From the NCBI GenBank assembly GCA_050011835.1, contig JBEKII010000001.1, forward strand, positions 172,262 through 236,261: 64,000 nt of DNA. The letters run 5' to 3'. The notes beneath the pieces are model-generated. The model worked only from the letters and a program-made list of their open reading frames with translations, was not told the DNA's origin and made no database searches. Every line of letters begins with the position of its first letter. The stretch's first letter is position 1. This stretch comes from Minisyncoccia bacterium. Lineage in GTDB: Bacteria > Patescibacteriota > Minisyncoccia > Phycocordibacterales > Phycocordibacteraceae. The translations under genes were made by a program, and so were the position numbers. Of this stretch, positions 1 to 10,112 are shown one piece after another.

Positions 1-819
1 CCGACGGCTTCGGGTAAATCAATGCGTGCGGTAGAGGAGGCATTGACGCATGGAGGTGAAATAATTTCTGTTGACTCACGGCAAGTGTATCGCGGATTGG
101 ATATTGGCACGGAAAAAATAACAAAAGAAGAAATGCGCGGTGTCCCCCATCATCTCATTGATATCCACGACGTGAACGAGACATATTCCGCCGGCGATTT
201 TGTCGCGGATGCAACTCGCCTCATTAAAGAAATTTCTGCGCGCGGGAAACTGCCGATTCTCGTCGGCGGAACACATTTTTATTTTGACGCGCTTCTGAAT
301 GGTCTTCCGGCGGATACTGATGCGAACCCTGCGCTTCGCGCGGAACTTGAAAAACTTCAAACCGAGGAACTTGCGGCGCGGGTCGCGCAGCGCGACCCGC
401 GCCGCGCCGCGAATATTGACCCGAAAAATCGCCGCCGCCTCATTCGCGCACTGGAAATCATTGAAGCACAAGGGAAAGTTCCAATACGAATCTCATCCAC
501 ACCGGCATATGAAATTAAGTGGATTATTATTGATCCGCCGCGCGAAGAATTGCGCGAGCAAATTGATGCGCGACTCATAAACGCTTTTAAACGCGGACTC
601 ATTGAAGAAGTGCGCCGCGTGCGCGAAAAAGTTGGCGACACTCGTTTGAGTGAACTCGGCCTTGAATACAAAATCGTGGGCGAATTTTTACGAGGCGAAC
701 GCGACGAGGCATCACTTTTCCCCTCTCTTTCGGCAAAACTCTGGCAGTACGCGCGGCGTCAGAAAGCGTGGCTTCGCAAACTTATTCCGGCAACACCGTC
801 GCACCAGGACAGAAACTGA
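1..819 (+). CDS. miaA: tRNA dimethylallyltransferase MiaA, 5'-partial (frame open from base 1)
   Basis: Bases 1-21 translate in frame to PTASGKS (P-loop remnant); downstream DSRQVYRGLDIGTEK, HHLID and GGTHFYF motifs typical of MiaA; the M at 22 is internal. Confidence 0.85.
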   Translation, partial: PTASGKSMRAVEEALTHGGEIISVDSRQVYRGLDIGTEKITKEEMRGVPHHLIDIHDVNETYSAGDFVADATRLIKEISARGKLPILVGGTHFYFDALLNGLPADTDANPALRAELEKLQTEELAARVAQRDPRRAANIDPKNRRRLIRALEIIEAQGKVPIRISSTPAYEIKWIIIDPPREELREQIDARLINAFKRGLIEEVRRVREKVGDTRLSELGLEYKIVGEFLRGERDEASLFPSLSAKLWQYARRQKAWLRKLIPATPSHQDRN

Positions 820-1363
820 ATCCGAGACTCTCTCCAGCATACCGTGAATTGACGCTGTTCGGTACACTGACCATATAGTTAAGCTGGCACATTTGGTCCT
901 GCGATACGTCGAGATGTGCCATGAGATACTGCTGCGCTTCTTCGCGCGTCGTCCCAATCGGTTCCTGCAATAGCGTAATGTTAAAATATTGCGTTGCGCT
1001 GATATATTCAATGATATAAGGCGGATTGGCGGTTATCGTCGGATCTGGAACTCCCTCGTTCACATGATAACCGAGGTAATAATAACCGGAATTAATCGGA
1101 TCTTTTGCTGTCGTCGGATCCTTTAAGAAATTATTTGTTTGTACAGTTCCACCACCAGCGGTTGCGATAGGTACCGTTGTTCCTTGTGAAGAAGCCGTGA
1201 CCGTAGTAGTTGTTTGCCCAACCGATCCGGCTACCGGTAGTCCAACTTGTCCATTTTGAGAGTTACTTACTGGCGTTTTGTTATTACTCGCAAACCAGAA
1301 CGCGAGCGTAAAAAGCCCGATAAGTATTACTGCTCCTACTCCTATAAACCAGATTTTATTCAT
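782..1363 (-). CDS. hypothetical membrane-anchored/secreted protein
   Basis: N-terminal TM helix (IWFIGVGAVILIGLFTLAFWF), Thr/Gly-rich linker, no recognisable catalytic motif; convergent 38-nt overlap with miaA end. Confidence 0.4.
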   Translation of the reverse strand: MNKIWFIGVGAVILIGLFTLAFWFASNNKTPVSNSQNGQVGLPVAGSVGQTTTTVTASSQGTTVPIATAGGGTVQTNNFLKDPTTAKDPINSGYYYLGYHVNEGVPDPTITANPPYIIEYISATQYFNITLLQEPIGTTREEAQQYLMAHLDVSQDQMCQLNYMVSVPNSVNSRYAGESLGFSFCPGATVLPE

Positions 1364-1374
1364 AGAGATTTTTA

Positions 1375-2334
1375 TTAGCTACCGCCATATTGCGATACGC
1401 AAGCGACTGCGTTTGGATTCCAATATGTCCCGTCAGGATTTTTCCCCGTCCACGGTTGATAGCCCTGCTTGCCGAACATTATCAAAGCCGTTTGCAGATT
1501 ACACTGAGCATCATTGCACGAGCTCGATATACTGCATGGACTTTGATGATATGCGGAATTAGACCAGTTCCCCGGTTGCGTCGTTATCTGGAATGTACCA
1601 CAGGCGCCGGTTGAACTGTTAGGTGTGTCTGGATTTCCGCTACTTTCTGTCATCGCGATACAAGACATGGCGGTCGCTTGGGCATCACTCAAGGTCATAT
1701 TGAGTGTCTGAGCCGCTTGCTGTATCGCGCTTGTGCTACACGCGGTGTTACCGCTAGAACAAGGTCCAGGTGCCTTGCCAACTTGCGGTCCCACTCCCGC
1801 GCTGGTTACGCCAGCGCCATTTGTGGATTGATTCAATCCGGTACCCACCCCTTTTTGAGGTAAACAAGTTAAAGCTCCTCCGGATGTTATGAGACTTGAC
1901 CAGTTCCGGGCGAATGTTGAGCCATTTGTGCCAGTCGTAAGAACTGCCATCAGAGCATCCACGATAAGCCAGCCGGCGAGCGCGATGACGATGCCGATGA
2001 TGGTATTAAGTAAAACGCCTTTTGCTTTACTGATTGCGCCCGAATTACCCTGACCCACGACGAGAAGAAAGCCCGAGTATGCAATCATAATCGGTGCAAC
2101 GAATAGAAGCACGATTGTGAGGAGAAACTCAATGATGTTATTAATGACCGTAATGACCGCTCCCCAGCCAAGTGCGCATTGAACAACACCGCCGGTCACA
2201 GTATTTGGGACAGTCCATGATGAATCTATGATAGGGCCAAAAAACGGAATCATCGCATGTGCGACGACTGGCAATGCAAGCGAACCGGCCGCAAGCAGAA
2301 ATATAAATAAAGGAACGCGAAAACGCATAACCAT
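1375..2334 (-). CDS. membrane protein: signal peptide + VirB2/TrbC-like double-TM hairpin fused to C-terminal SLT lytic transglycosylase domain
   Basis: Signal peptide then two hydrophobic helices separated by a short GQGNSGAISKAKG loop (pilin/TrbC-like); C-terminal AMSCIAMTESSGNPDT...GACGTFQIT matches the SLT ES...GA.GLMQ signature. Confidence 0.5.
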   Translation of the reverse strand: MVMRFRVPLFIFLLAAGSLALPVVAHAMIPFFGPIIDSSWTVPNTVTGGVVQCALGWGAVITVINNIIEFLLTIVLLFVAPIMIAYSGFLLVVGQGNSGAISKAKGVLLNTIIGIVIALAGWLIVDALMAVLTTGTNGSTFARNWSSLITSGGALTCLPQKGVGTGLNQSTNGAGVTSAGVGPQVGKAPGPCSSGNTACSTSAIQQAAQTLNMTLSDAQATAMSCIAMTESSGNPDTPNSSTGACGTFQITTQPGNWSNSAYHQSPCSISSSCNDAQCNLQTALIMFGKQGYQPWTGKNPDGTYWNPNAVACVSQYGGS

Positions 2335-2404
2335 ATCATACCGCGCCCATCACGGTGCGAGTACGGCTTTCCCCACTGCCCTGTGTCTGCTATCGTTTGA
2401 CTAC

Positions 2405-2475
2405 GGGCCTATAGTTTAGTGGTAAAACAGCGGTCTCCAAAACCGCCGTCCCAGGTTCGAGTCCTGGTGGGCCCG
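2405..2475 (+). tRNA. trnW: tRNA-Trp (anticodon CCA)
   Basis: Cloverleaf read by eye: acceptor GGGCCTA/TGGGCCC, D-arm GTTTAGTGGTAAAAC, anticodon stem GCGGT/ACCGC with loop CTCCAAA (anticodon CCA), T-arm CAGGTTCGAGTCCTG, discriminator G; CCA not encoded. Confidence 0.85.
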
Positions 2476-2480
2476 CTTAT

Positions 2481-2636
2481 TTATTTCTTCGCTTCTTTAA
2501 AGATAACGCGCTTGCGGAGCGTGGGGTCAAATTTTACGAGTTCAATCTTGCGCTCAACGTGTTTTTTATTCTTGCGAGTCCAAATAACGTGATTGGATTT
2601 CGTGGACTTGAGCCGGAGAAGACGGTCTTGAGACAT
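2481..2636 (-). CDS. rpmG: 50S ribosomal protein L33 (51 aa; below ORF-track size cutoff)
   Basis: Manual translation MSQDRLLRLKSTKSNHVIWTRKNKKHVERKIELVKFDPTLRKRVIFKEAKK; T(R/K)KNK..N..(K/R)LEL.K(Y/F)DP..RKH..F.E.K pattern of L33; adjacent to tRNA-Trp as in many bacteria. Confidence 0.75.
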   Translation of the reverse strand: MSQDRLLRLKSTKSNHVIWTRKNKKHVERKIELVKFDPTLRKRVIFKEAKK

Positions 2637-2663
2637 ATAAAAAATGTAACAGAAACTAAGTAT

Positions 2664-5342
2664 TTATGCAATTTCCGCCACTTTTGCGTGCGTCACACGC
2701 GTGGTGCGCTTCTTCACATCAAATTGCGGTTCGCCGTTCTTGATAGAAATCGTCACAGTACCGCCTTCCGTCACGCCGCGGTCAACCATAAGCGAAGCGA
2801 GCGGCGTGAGTATTTTATCTTGAATCGTACGGCGGAGAGGGCGCGCGCCGTACTGCGGGTTATATCCCTTCTCTGCGAGCCATTCGCGCACTCCAGGCGC
2901 GAATGAAAGCGCGATTCGTTTTTGCGAAAGACGCTTTATGACCTCCTCAATTTGATTATCAACGATGCGAGCCAGCGCCTCCTTTGAAAGGACATCAAAG
3001 ATAATGATATCATCCAGCCGATTGAGGAACTCGGGACGGAAATGCTCCTTAAGCGCATCCATCACTTTCTCTTTCGTTTCTTCATAGCGGGATGCTTCGG
3101 TCGCATCGGCAGTGCCGAAGCCGATATGCGCGAGCCGGTCAATGAATTCTCCGCCAATATTGCTGGTCAACACGACAATCGTATTCTTAAAATTGACCTT
3201 GCGTCCCTTACTGTCCGTGAGATTGCCGGAATCCAGTACTTGCAAAAGGATATTGAACACTTCCGGATGCGCCTTTTCAATTTCGTCAAAGAGAACCACC
3301 GCATACGGGCGATGCCGGATGCGCTCGGTCAAAGTGCCGGCTTCCTCATAACCAACATAGCCCGGGGGCGCGCCGATGAGTTTGGCGACCGAATGCTTCT
3401 CCATAAACTCGCTCATATCCACGCGCACGAGCGCATCGTCATCATTAAACATAAATTCCGCGAGTTTTTTGGATAGTTCGGTTTTCCCCACGCCGGTAGG
3501 ACCGAGGAAAAGAAAAGAGCCGATGGGGCGGTTGGGGTCGCTGATGCCAACGCGCGAACGCTTTACGGCATCCGCAACTTTTTTCACCGCAATATCTTGG
3601 CCGATAATGCCGCGCTTGAGCGTCTCCTCCATGCGGCTTAACTTCGCGACTTCCTCTTCAAGCATGCGCGCGACGGGGATACCCGTCCAACGCGAGACGA
3701 CCGCCGCAATGTCCTGCTCGGCCACTTCTTCATTCAATACGCGCCGCGATTTCTGCAGCGTTTTAAGGCGCTTTAATTTCGTTTCCAAATCTTTCTGCAG
3801 ATGAGGAATCTTGCCATAGCGAATTTCCGCGACCGTACCGAGGTCGGCGGCAGCCTCGGCGTTGTCCGCCTGTATCTTCAACGCTTCCATCTCGGTCTTA
3901 TCGGAGCGAATGCCGACAAGCACTTCCTTCTCGTTTTTCCATTTAAGTTCAAGTTCGCTGGTCTTTTCCTTCAAATCGGCTACTTCTTTTTCAATGTCTT
4001 TAATGCGCTCTTTAATCTCTTTGCTGCGTTCACCCTCAAGGTCCTTCTGGAGCGCCTGCCGCTCAATTTCTAGGCGGCGAATCTTGCGGTCGGCCTCTTC
4101 AAGCAGAGGCGGTTTGTTTTCAAGCGCGATGCGCAGTCCCGATGCGGCCTCATCAATGAGGTCAATGGCTTTGTCTGGCAAAAATCGATCACTAATATAT
4201 CGCGAAGAGAGTTCAACGGCGGCAACGATGGCGCCATCGGTAATGCGCACGCCGTGGAAAAGTTCGTACTTGTCGCGCAGTCCGCGAAGAATGGCGATGC
4301 CGTCCTCAACCGAGGGCTCTTGAACGAACACCGACTGGAAGCGGCGCGTCAGCGCGGCATCCTTCTCAATATATTTCTGATATTCCTTCAGCGTCGTCGC
4401 ACCGATAACGCGAACTTCGCCGCGCGAAAGCGCGGGCTTCAGCATGTTTGACGCGTCCAGTGAACCCTCGGCGCCGCCGGCGCCCACCAACGTATGAAGT
4501 TCGTCCACAAAGAGAATGGCCTTCCCCTCCGCCCGCTCAACTTCTTTCATCACATTCTTCATCCGCTCTTCAAACTCGCCGCGGTATTTCGTGCCGGCAA
4601 TCATAAGCCCGAGGTCAAGAGAGAGGAGCTCCTTGCCTTTCAGTGATTCAGGAACATCATTCGCCGCCATGCGCGCCGCGAGACCTTCAGCGATTGCGGT
4701 TTTCCCGACGCCCGCCTCACCGATGAGAACCGGATTATTCTTGGTGCGGCGCGCGAGTATCTGGATGACCCGATTAATCTCACTGTCACGACCGATAACC
4801 GGATCAAGCTTATTTTCGGCGGCGAGCTTAGTAAGATTGCGCGAATACTTGGCAAGTGCACGAAACTGTCTCGGCTCCGCAGCCTGGCCGTCTTTAGAAT
4901 TTTTCAATTCCTTAAGGACGGCGGCGGCGGCTTGCTGGGTTATTGAAAAACGCGCAAAAATGTCCGCGGCCCCGCCCGGATGTTCAATAACGGCGAGAAA
5001 AAGATGTTCGGTGCCAATGAACGTGTCGTTCATGCGCGCCGCAATTTTCCCCGAGGCCTCAAGCGCCTGCGCGAGGTCGGGCGTGAGATAAATCTGATAG
5101 GCAGGCGAGAGTACTGTCGCGCTCTCGGGCGTCTCAAGATGCTCAAGCACGGCATCGGCAAGCATGTTGGTATCAATCTCCATGCGGTCAAGCATAGAGA
5201 AAACGAGTGATTCTTCCTGAAGTACAAGAGCGGCGAGCAAATGAAGCGGCGATACGTGATTCTGCCCGCGCTCTATCGCGAGCTCGTGCGCGCGGCGTAC
5301 GGCCTCTTTCGCTTTGGTAGTGAAATTGTTAAATGGAGGCAT
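2664..5342 (-). CDS. clpB: ATP-dependent chaperone ClpB
   Basis: Clp N domain, two AAA+ modules (GEAGVGKT and GPTGVGKT Walker A), long coiled-coil middle domain between them, 892 aa. Confidence 0.9.
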   Translation of the reverse strand: MPPFNNFTTKAKEAVRRAHELAIERGQNHVSPLHLLAALVLQEESLVFSMLDRMEIDTNMLADAVLEHLETPESATVLSPAYQIYLTPDLAQALEASGKIAARMNDTFIGTEHLFLAVIEHPGGAADIFARFSITQQAAAAVLKELKNSKDGQAAEPRQFRALAKYSRNLTKLAAENKLDPVIGRDSEINRVIQILARRTKNNPVLIGEAGVGKTAIAEGLAARMAANDVPESLKGKELLSLDLGLMIAGTKYRGEFEERMKNVMKEVERAEGKAILFVDELHTLVGAGGAEGSLDASNMLKPALSRGEVRVIGATTLKEYQKYIEKDAALTRRFQSVFVQEPSVEDGIAILRGLRDKYELFHGVRITDGAIVAAVELSSRYISDRFLPDKAIDLIDEAASGLRIALENKPPLLEEADRKIRRLEIERQALQKDLEGERSKEIKERIKDIEKEVADLKEKTSELELKWKNEKEVLVGIRSDKTEMEALKIQADNAEAAADLGTVAEIRYGKIPHLQKDLETKLKRLKTLQKSRRVLNEEVAEQDIAAVVSRWTGIPVARMLEEEVAKLSRMEETLKRGIIGQDIAVKKVADAVKRSRVGISDPNRPIGSFLFLGPTGVGKTELSKKLAEFMFNDDDALVRVDMSEFMEKHSVAKLIGAPPGYVGYEEAGTLTERIRHRPYAVVLFDEIEKAHPEVFNILLQVLDSGNLTDSKGRKVNFKNTIVVLTSNIGGEFIDRLAHIGFGTADATEASRYEETKEKVMDALKEHFRPEFLNRLDDIIIFDVLSKEALARIVDNQIEEVIKRLSQKRIALSFAPGVREWLAEKGYNPQYGARPLRRTIQDKILTPLASLMVDRGVTEGGTVTISIKNGEPQFDVKKRTTRVTHAKVAEIA

Positions 5343-5350
5343 ATATAGAA

Positions 5351-6121
5351 TTACTTCTCCGCAGCGGTTGAAGTTGCTATCGTTGACGTCGCGGTGAGAA
5401 GCGCAGCTATCGTATCTGCACTTATAAGGAGACCGGGCGTCGTTCCCTCTCCAATACCAACAAGATTGCCCGAGAGGTCAACCGCCGCGCTTCCGGCTCC
5501 AATATCGGGCAAGGTGGTGTGAATGCCTTTTTCGTTCACACTCGCGACAATGCCGGTGGCAGCAGAACCGTCGGCAGTGAGAGCGAGTACTGTTTCACCA
5601 AGTTTCAACCCGCCAGTCGCGACAAGAGATGGTGCCGTCGCCTTAGGCAAAGTTGCGCTATCGGCAAAACCGTAGATCGCAATCCCATTTCCATCGTGTG
5701 CGAGAGATGCGGCATCGTATGAGCCGTTCGGAAACCCAATGAGCACCTCTTTCGGCAATATGTCTTGTGCCGCAGTCGCGACGGCACGCGACTTCGGGAG
5801 ATACGTACCGATGGCGATGGCTGGCGTTGACGTGCCGGTATCCGCGGCATAGATGGCGACAGCGCGAGTTGCATCCGCTCCGATCGCCGCCGTCACGAGG
5901 TCTTGATTTGACGGCGCAGGAGCTTGAACGACCGCAGCTGGCGCCGCGGTTGCAACGGTCTCTATGGTATGCTCAATGACGCGATTTACCGTTTGGGTCA
6001 CGAAGGGCGGCGCCTGGTCAAGCAGAGAGACCGTCAGAATACCGGTCGCGACAGACGTCACGAAATTCACAAGAATCGTGAGCAGTATGAGTTGAGATTT
6101 GGAGAGTTCCTCTATGTTCAT
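5351..6121 (-). CDS. membrane-anchored trypsin-like peptidase-domain protein (possibly degenerate)
   Basis: N-terminal TM; C-terminal GAGSAAVDLSGNLVGIGEG resembles the GNSGGPL..G.vIGIN serine-protease box but the catalytic residues are not clearly conserved. Confidence 0.35.
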   Translation of the reverse strand: MNIEELSKSQLILLTILVNFVTSVATGILTVSLLDQAPPFVTQTVNRVIEHTIETVATAAPAAVVQAPAPSNQDLVTAAIGADATRAVAIYAADTGTSTPAIAIGTYLPKSRAVATAAQDILPKEVLIGFPNGSYDAASLAHDGNGIAIYGFADSATLPKATAPSLVATGGLKLGETVLALTADGSAATGIVASVNEKGIHTTLPDIGAGSAAVDLSGNLVGIGEGTTPGLLISADTIAALLTATSTIATSTAAEK

Positions 6122-6133
6122 ATGGCTATAATG

Positions 6134-7384
6134 CTACCATTGACCGTTATTGTCAATAAATGTGACTGCGCGCGTAAGGGCTCTCACAAACCGGGCGAAT
6201 TCGCGCGAGCGGGCGCGCGGACCCCAAGAAATACGCAGCGTTGAGCGAGCGCGTTCCCGGTCGTCCGTCAAAGCGAAGACCGCTCGAGATCCTTCTTCGG
6301 AATCCCTAAGCGATTCGTCAGACGAGTCGCCGGGCGACCGCTCCATGCGGAGTGGTTTGACCGTCTCGCACGCGCTCCGCGTGGAAACGGCGAATCCCGC
6401 TTCATCCAGAAGTGCGACAAGATAGTCGGTGTCGCGATCAGGGAATGAAAGGTTAAGAATGTGCGGCGCCTGTCTATCGGCTGACGGACTCCCATTTATA
6501 TATACGTTTGGAATGGCGTCGGTGATGACCTTGATAAGTTGAGCCCGTCTCTTCTCTGCAGAAGACCGGAATTGTTCACGACCGCAGACAGCGGCGCAAA
6601 GGTCTGCCGCAAAGATTTTAGCAAGCTCACCTGCTTCGCTTCCTGAACGCAACCCACGCTCCTGACCGCCGCCCACATAAAGCGGAGCGATCGGAATCGT
6701 GCGATGTGCGATCAACACACCGATACCGCGAGTTGTACCGATTTTTGAAGCATCAAGGGTGAGCATGTCCGCATCAAAATGCGCGCGCGAAATTTTCTCA
6801 GTAAACGGCGCTTGGCTTGCGTCGATATGAAGTAAAGCCCGTGAAAGAGAATCGGGAAAAGCATGTCGTATCGGCCTAGCGGCCCGAGTGCTTGCTTTTT
6901 CTGATTTTCCGAGCTGGGCTCTTTTCAAAACCTCCGCTACTTCCCGCGTATTCCACACCACGCCCGTTTCGCCGCAGACCGCGTCCATCGCAACAAGAAC
7001 GGTATCGTCTCGCAGCATTTTCGCAAGTACTTCCGCATCAACGCGGTAATTCTTAATCGGCAGAGCTTCAGTCGTCACTCCTTCCGCGGTGAGCAATTTT
7101 ATATTTTCAACAATTGAAGCGTGCGCACTTGGCAAGTACAAAACATGCATACCACTTCTCCCGTTTGCACGAAGCGCCCGAATATGGCCAAGGAGAGCGA
7201 GCGCGTTGCTTTCTGTCGCTCCGCTTGTAAAAATAATATCGTCCGGCTGCACTTCAATGAGACGCGCGATAGTCGTGCGCGCATTTTCTAGCGTTTGCTT
7301 TGCGTAGCGACCTTCCTGGTGCGGTGACGACGGATTGCCGCTTATGCCGGCCGCGCAGTCGAAATACACTCGTTTTTTAAACAT
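6134..7384 (-). CDS. cysteine desulfurase (class V aminotransferase, IscS/NifS family)
   Basis: YFDCAAG..SPHQEGR, TSGATESN and ...LDASKIG (PLP-Lys) motifs; low-complexity insertions near C-terminus. Confidence 0.8.
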   Translation of the reverse strand: MFKKRVYFDCAAGISGNPSSPHQEGRYAKQTLENARTTIARLIEVQPDDIIFTSGATESNALALLGHIRALRANGRSGMHVLYLPSAHASIVENIKLLTAEGVTTEALPIKNYRVDAEVLAKMLRDDTVLVAMDAVCGETGVVWNTREVAEVLKRAQLGKSEKASTRAARPIRHAFPDSLSRALLHIDASQAPFTEKISRAHFDADMLTLDASKIGTTRGIGVLIAHRTIPIAPLYVGGGQERGLRSGSEAGELAKIFAADLCAAVCGREQFRSSAEKRRAQLIKVITDAIPNVYINGSPSADRQAPHILNLSFPDRDTDYLVALLDEAGFAVSTRSACETVKPLRMERSPGDSSDESLRDSEEGSRAVFALTDDRERARSTLRISWGPRARSREFARFVRALTRAVTFIDNNGQW

Positions 7385-7387
7385 GCG

Positions 7388-8113
7388 CTACGGTTGTTCA
7401 ATAAGCTGATAATCGCGAGGGAAAAGATATTGGGCGATCTTAAATATGCCATACGTCATAAAAGGAGCCGCGAGCACGTCTATGGAGTAATGCACGTGCG
7501 CGAAGAGCACCGCAATGCCAAAAATGAGAGTGAGCGAAAGAAGAATGTTGCGCAAAAATCGCTCTCTCCAAAAAATGAGCGACATGAGAAACGGTAGCCC
7601 GGTGTGTCCCGAGAAAAAGAATCCGGTCTGCAAATTAAAATAGGAGTAGATGTTATCAAAAAATCCAGGGCCCGGGTCTATATGGCCCGGATAAATACCG
7701 ATGTGAGTGAGAGACATAAACAACGCGCGAACTATGATGAGAATTGCTAAAGCCTTGAGAGAAAAGAGAATGTAACGCGGCCTGAAGAAAACGATAAACA
7801 ACGTGGCGACGACAAGAGTAATCATCGCGCCTTCAACAATAATAAAATTCAAATTGACCACGGGAAGATTGTCTAAGAGAAGGTCACCGACGTAGGTGGA
7901 CGTGGGACGCATTGAATACGCAAGCGCATAAACCATGGCGAAGTGTTCGCACACAAACGAGATACAGAGCAATATCAGCGCCTTTATAAATGAACGCAAC
8001 CACGTGGGTTTAATGAGGTCTCCACGAGTGAACGGGATCGGGTCGTGCGGTTCTTCCAGCACAAAAGATGAGATAAAAACGCGAGTAAAAAAATGTGAGT
8101 CGCGCGGTTCCAT
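7388..8113 (-). CDS. PAP2-superfamily integral membrane phosphatase / phospholipid phosphotransferase-like
   Basis: Multi-TM; PAP2 motifs FFRPRY (KX6RP), FSGHTG (PSGH), HVHYSIDV (SRX5HX3D). Confidence 0.6.
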   Translation of the reverse strand: MEPRDSHFFTRVFISSFVLEEPHDPIPFTRGDLIKPTWLRSFIKALILLCISFVCEHFAMVYALAYSMRPTSTYVGDLLLDNLPVVNLNFIIVEGAMITLVVATLFIVFFRPRYILFSLKALAILIIVRALFMSLTHIGIYPGHIDPGPGFFDNIYSYFNLQTGFFFSGHTGLPFLMSLIFWRERFLRNILLSLTLIFGIAVLFAHVHYSIDVLAAPFMTYGIFKIAQYLFPRDYQLIEQP

Positions 8114-8272
8114 AGCTAATTATTCTGTAGTGTACCAGACGACTTCATTTGACGACACAAGACGTATTTGCTATTGTGGGGACATCAACCAGCGCTGGAT
8201 CCAAAGAAGTGGGATCGAGCTTCTATCTTCGGCTACTGATTTGATATCTTAGTCACACAATTTATCTCTCGT

Positions 8273-8482
8273 ATGCAAAACGGTACGGTAATTAAAAAGA
8301 ATGAGAGAGGCTTCGGCTTCATCAAAGTTGACGGCGCGCCGGAAGGCGCGAAGGACCTCTTCTTCCATTCCAATGAGCTCAAGAACATTTCGTTCGACGA
8401 ACTCCGGGAAGGCGATAAGGTCTCCTTCGAAGTTGGCGACAGCCCGAAAGGACCAAACGCCCTCAGCGTCAGCAAGATCTAA
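8273..8482 (+). CDS. cold-shock protein (CspA family)
   Basis: GTVIKKNERGFGFIKV RNP motifs, 69 aa, long 5' leader (about 160 nt). Confidence 0.85.
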   Translation: MQNGTVIKKNERGFGFIKVDGAPEGAKDLFFHSNELKNISFDELREGDKVSFEVGDSPKGPNALSVSKI

Positions 8483-8501
8483 GTATTTAGGTCGTTGAAA
8501 G

Positions 8502-8531
8502 AAATCCCGCTAGAAGCGGGATTTCTTTTTT
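8502..8531. terminator. rho-independent terminator between convergent csp and cupin genes
   Basis: AAATCCCGC-tagaa-GCGGGATTT hairpin followed by CTTTTTTT; U-tract on + strand, A-tract on the other side, so may serve both. Confidence 0.6.
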
Positions 8532-8940
8532 ACTCGGTGGTTTTACCGTCAAAGTGTTCTTCTTGCTCATCTGCTTTCGTCGCGTGAACCGTTCCGTCTT
8601 TATGGTTCGGAGGCGAATAAAGTGTATAGAGTTTCAAGTCATCAGAACCGGTATTGATGACGTTATGCCACGCACCCTCCGGTACGATAACGGAGTCGCC
8701 GTCTTTTACTGTATGCTCCACGCCATCGAGCACCACTTTCCCCTGCCCCGATTCGAAACGAAAGAATTGGTCCAGATGATGCACTTCATTGCCAATCTCT
8801 TCGCCCGGAGCAAGAGACATGAGCACGAGCTGGCTGTGCTTCGCGGTATAGAGTACCCGCCGATAATCGGTATTTTCTTTGGTCGCTTGTTCAATATGTG
8901 TGACGTATCCTTTCATATTTTTTATATTATATTTATTCAT
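8530..8940 (-). CDS. cupin-domain protein
   Basis: Cupin_2-like core (GEEIGNEVHHLDQFFRFESGQGKVVLDG..HTVKDGDSVIVPEGAWHNVINTG); ORF opens with TTG at 8970, first ATG at 8940; start uncertain. Confidence 0.6.
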   Translation of the reverse strand: MNKYNIKNMKGYVTHIEQATKENTDYRRVLYTAKHSQLVLMSLAPGEEIGNEVHHLDQFFRFESGQGKVVLDGVEHTVKDGDSVIVPEGAWHNVINTGSDDLKLYTLYSPPNHKDGTVHATKADEQEEHFDGKTTE

Positions 8941-8977
8941 TTTGATTTTAGCATACGTGGATGGTGTCAAATGCCGT

Positions 8978-9709
8978 ATGATGTACGCTATGCCCGTACC
9001 GTTCGCGCCGAATGCGAAAAAAACGCTTGAGATCTCTGCCGCGGGCGTCCGTTATCTGCGGCTTCCTGTGAAAACGCGACTCATACAAACTGGGGATAAT
9101 TTATTCAAACTTCTTGAAGAATACGTCGCACCGCACCTAGAGCCGGGTGACATGCTTTTCGTGAGCGAAAAAATCGTTTGCATTACGCAGGACCGCATCA
9201 TCCGCCGCGATGACGTAAAAACATCCTGGCTCGCGCGATTTCTCTCACGGCATGTGCACAATTATGCCGGCACGCCGGAGTTCCGCGGTCTCGGACACGG
9301 CACTGCGCCAGCAATGCAGCTTCTCATAGAAGAGGCGGGATATCCGCGTGTTCTTTTCGCCGCGTTTGTCACGGCGCTCACACGCCCGCTTGGCATCAAG
9401 GGCGCGTTCTATTATCTTGTCGGCAAACAGGCAAAATCAATTGACTGTCCGATGTCGTGGACACTCGCACCATATACGGAATACGCGAAACTTGCGCCAC
9501 TTCGGCCCAACGAAGTCGCGCGTGAAATAAAAAAACGCTTTGGCGTTGAAACCGTCATCGTTGACGCAAATTATCGCGGCGCTTTCTCGCTCGGGAAATC
9601 AACTCGCGTCATCAGCGAAAAATTCATCCGCGACGTGTTGCGCGACAATCCCGCTGGACAAGACAGCGAAATGACTCCTTTTCTTATTATCCGCAAAGCT
9701 GTCACGTAG
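8978..9709 (+). CDS. CofE-like (F420-0:gamma-glutamyl ligase family) protein
   Basis: TGDNLFKLLEEYVAPHLEPGDMLFVSEKIVCITQDRII and ...KKRFGVETVIVDANYRG resemble the CofE fold; start taken at internal ATG 8978 because upstream part overlaps the cupin gene. Confidence 0.5.
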   Translation: MMYAMPVPFAPNAKKTLEISAAGVRYLRLPVKTRLIQTGDNLFKLLEEYVAPHLEPGDMLFVSEKIVCITQDRIIRRDDVKTSWLARFLSRHVHNYAGTPEFRGLGHGTAPAMQLLIEEAGYPRVLFAAFVTALTRPLGIKGAFYYLVGKQAKSIDCPMSWTLAPYTEYAKLAPLRPNEVAREIKKRFGVETVIVDANYRGAFSLGKSTRVISEKFIRDVLRDNPAGQDSEMTPFLIIRKAVT

Positions 9710-9766
9710 ATCCCTTCCCGCGCAAAAATGGAAACCGCCCTCCAGCGCGGTTTCGCTGTGGGCGGG

Positions 9767-10039
9767 TCATTTCGGAATGGTAAGGAAGAGTTCTTCGTCG
9801 GTTAGCGAGATGACAGCAAGGTCAAGTCGACCATTTTCTTCTCTCTTAATAAGAAGACGAATTTCACCGACGGAAAGCAGGCTCTTCTGTCTTTTGGCAC
9901 GAGATGAGAAAAGATTAACTGCTTTCTCTAAACTCTCTGTTGAGCAACCTAGGTCGGCATTGCATCCCGATTCATCACTGGGGGCATTGACTTCAATCGC
10001 AATTATCTTAAAAGCTTCTTCCTTCCCCGTCCGCTCCAT
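9767..10039 (-). CDS. hypothetical protein
   Basis: ORF only; start placed at internal Met (MERTGKEEAF...) to avoid overlap with upstream gene. Confidence 0.25.
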   Translation of the reverse strand: MERTGKEEAFKIIAIEVNAPSDESGCNADLGCSTESLEKAVNLFSSRAKRQKSLLSVGEIRLLIKREENGRLDLAVISLTDEELFLTIPK

Positions 10040-10112
10040 ATACGTCCCCTTTCTTTTAATATATTTGAACTTCTGACTTAAGGATACAACTAAATTTTGT
10101 TTTTGTAAACTC

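Noticed and set aside
3042-5091. Multiple + strand ORFs (60-191 aa) inside clpB; similar antisense ORFs inside rpoB, rpoC, dnaG, smc and the giant surface protein gene
   Set aside because: All are antisense to strongly supported long genes and have biased, low-complexity composition.
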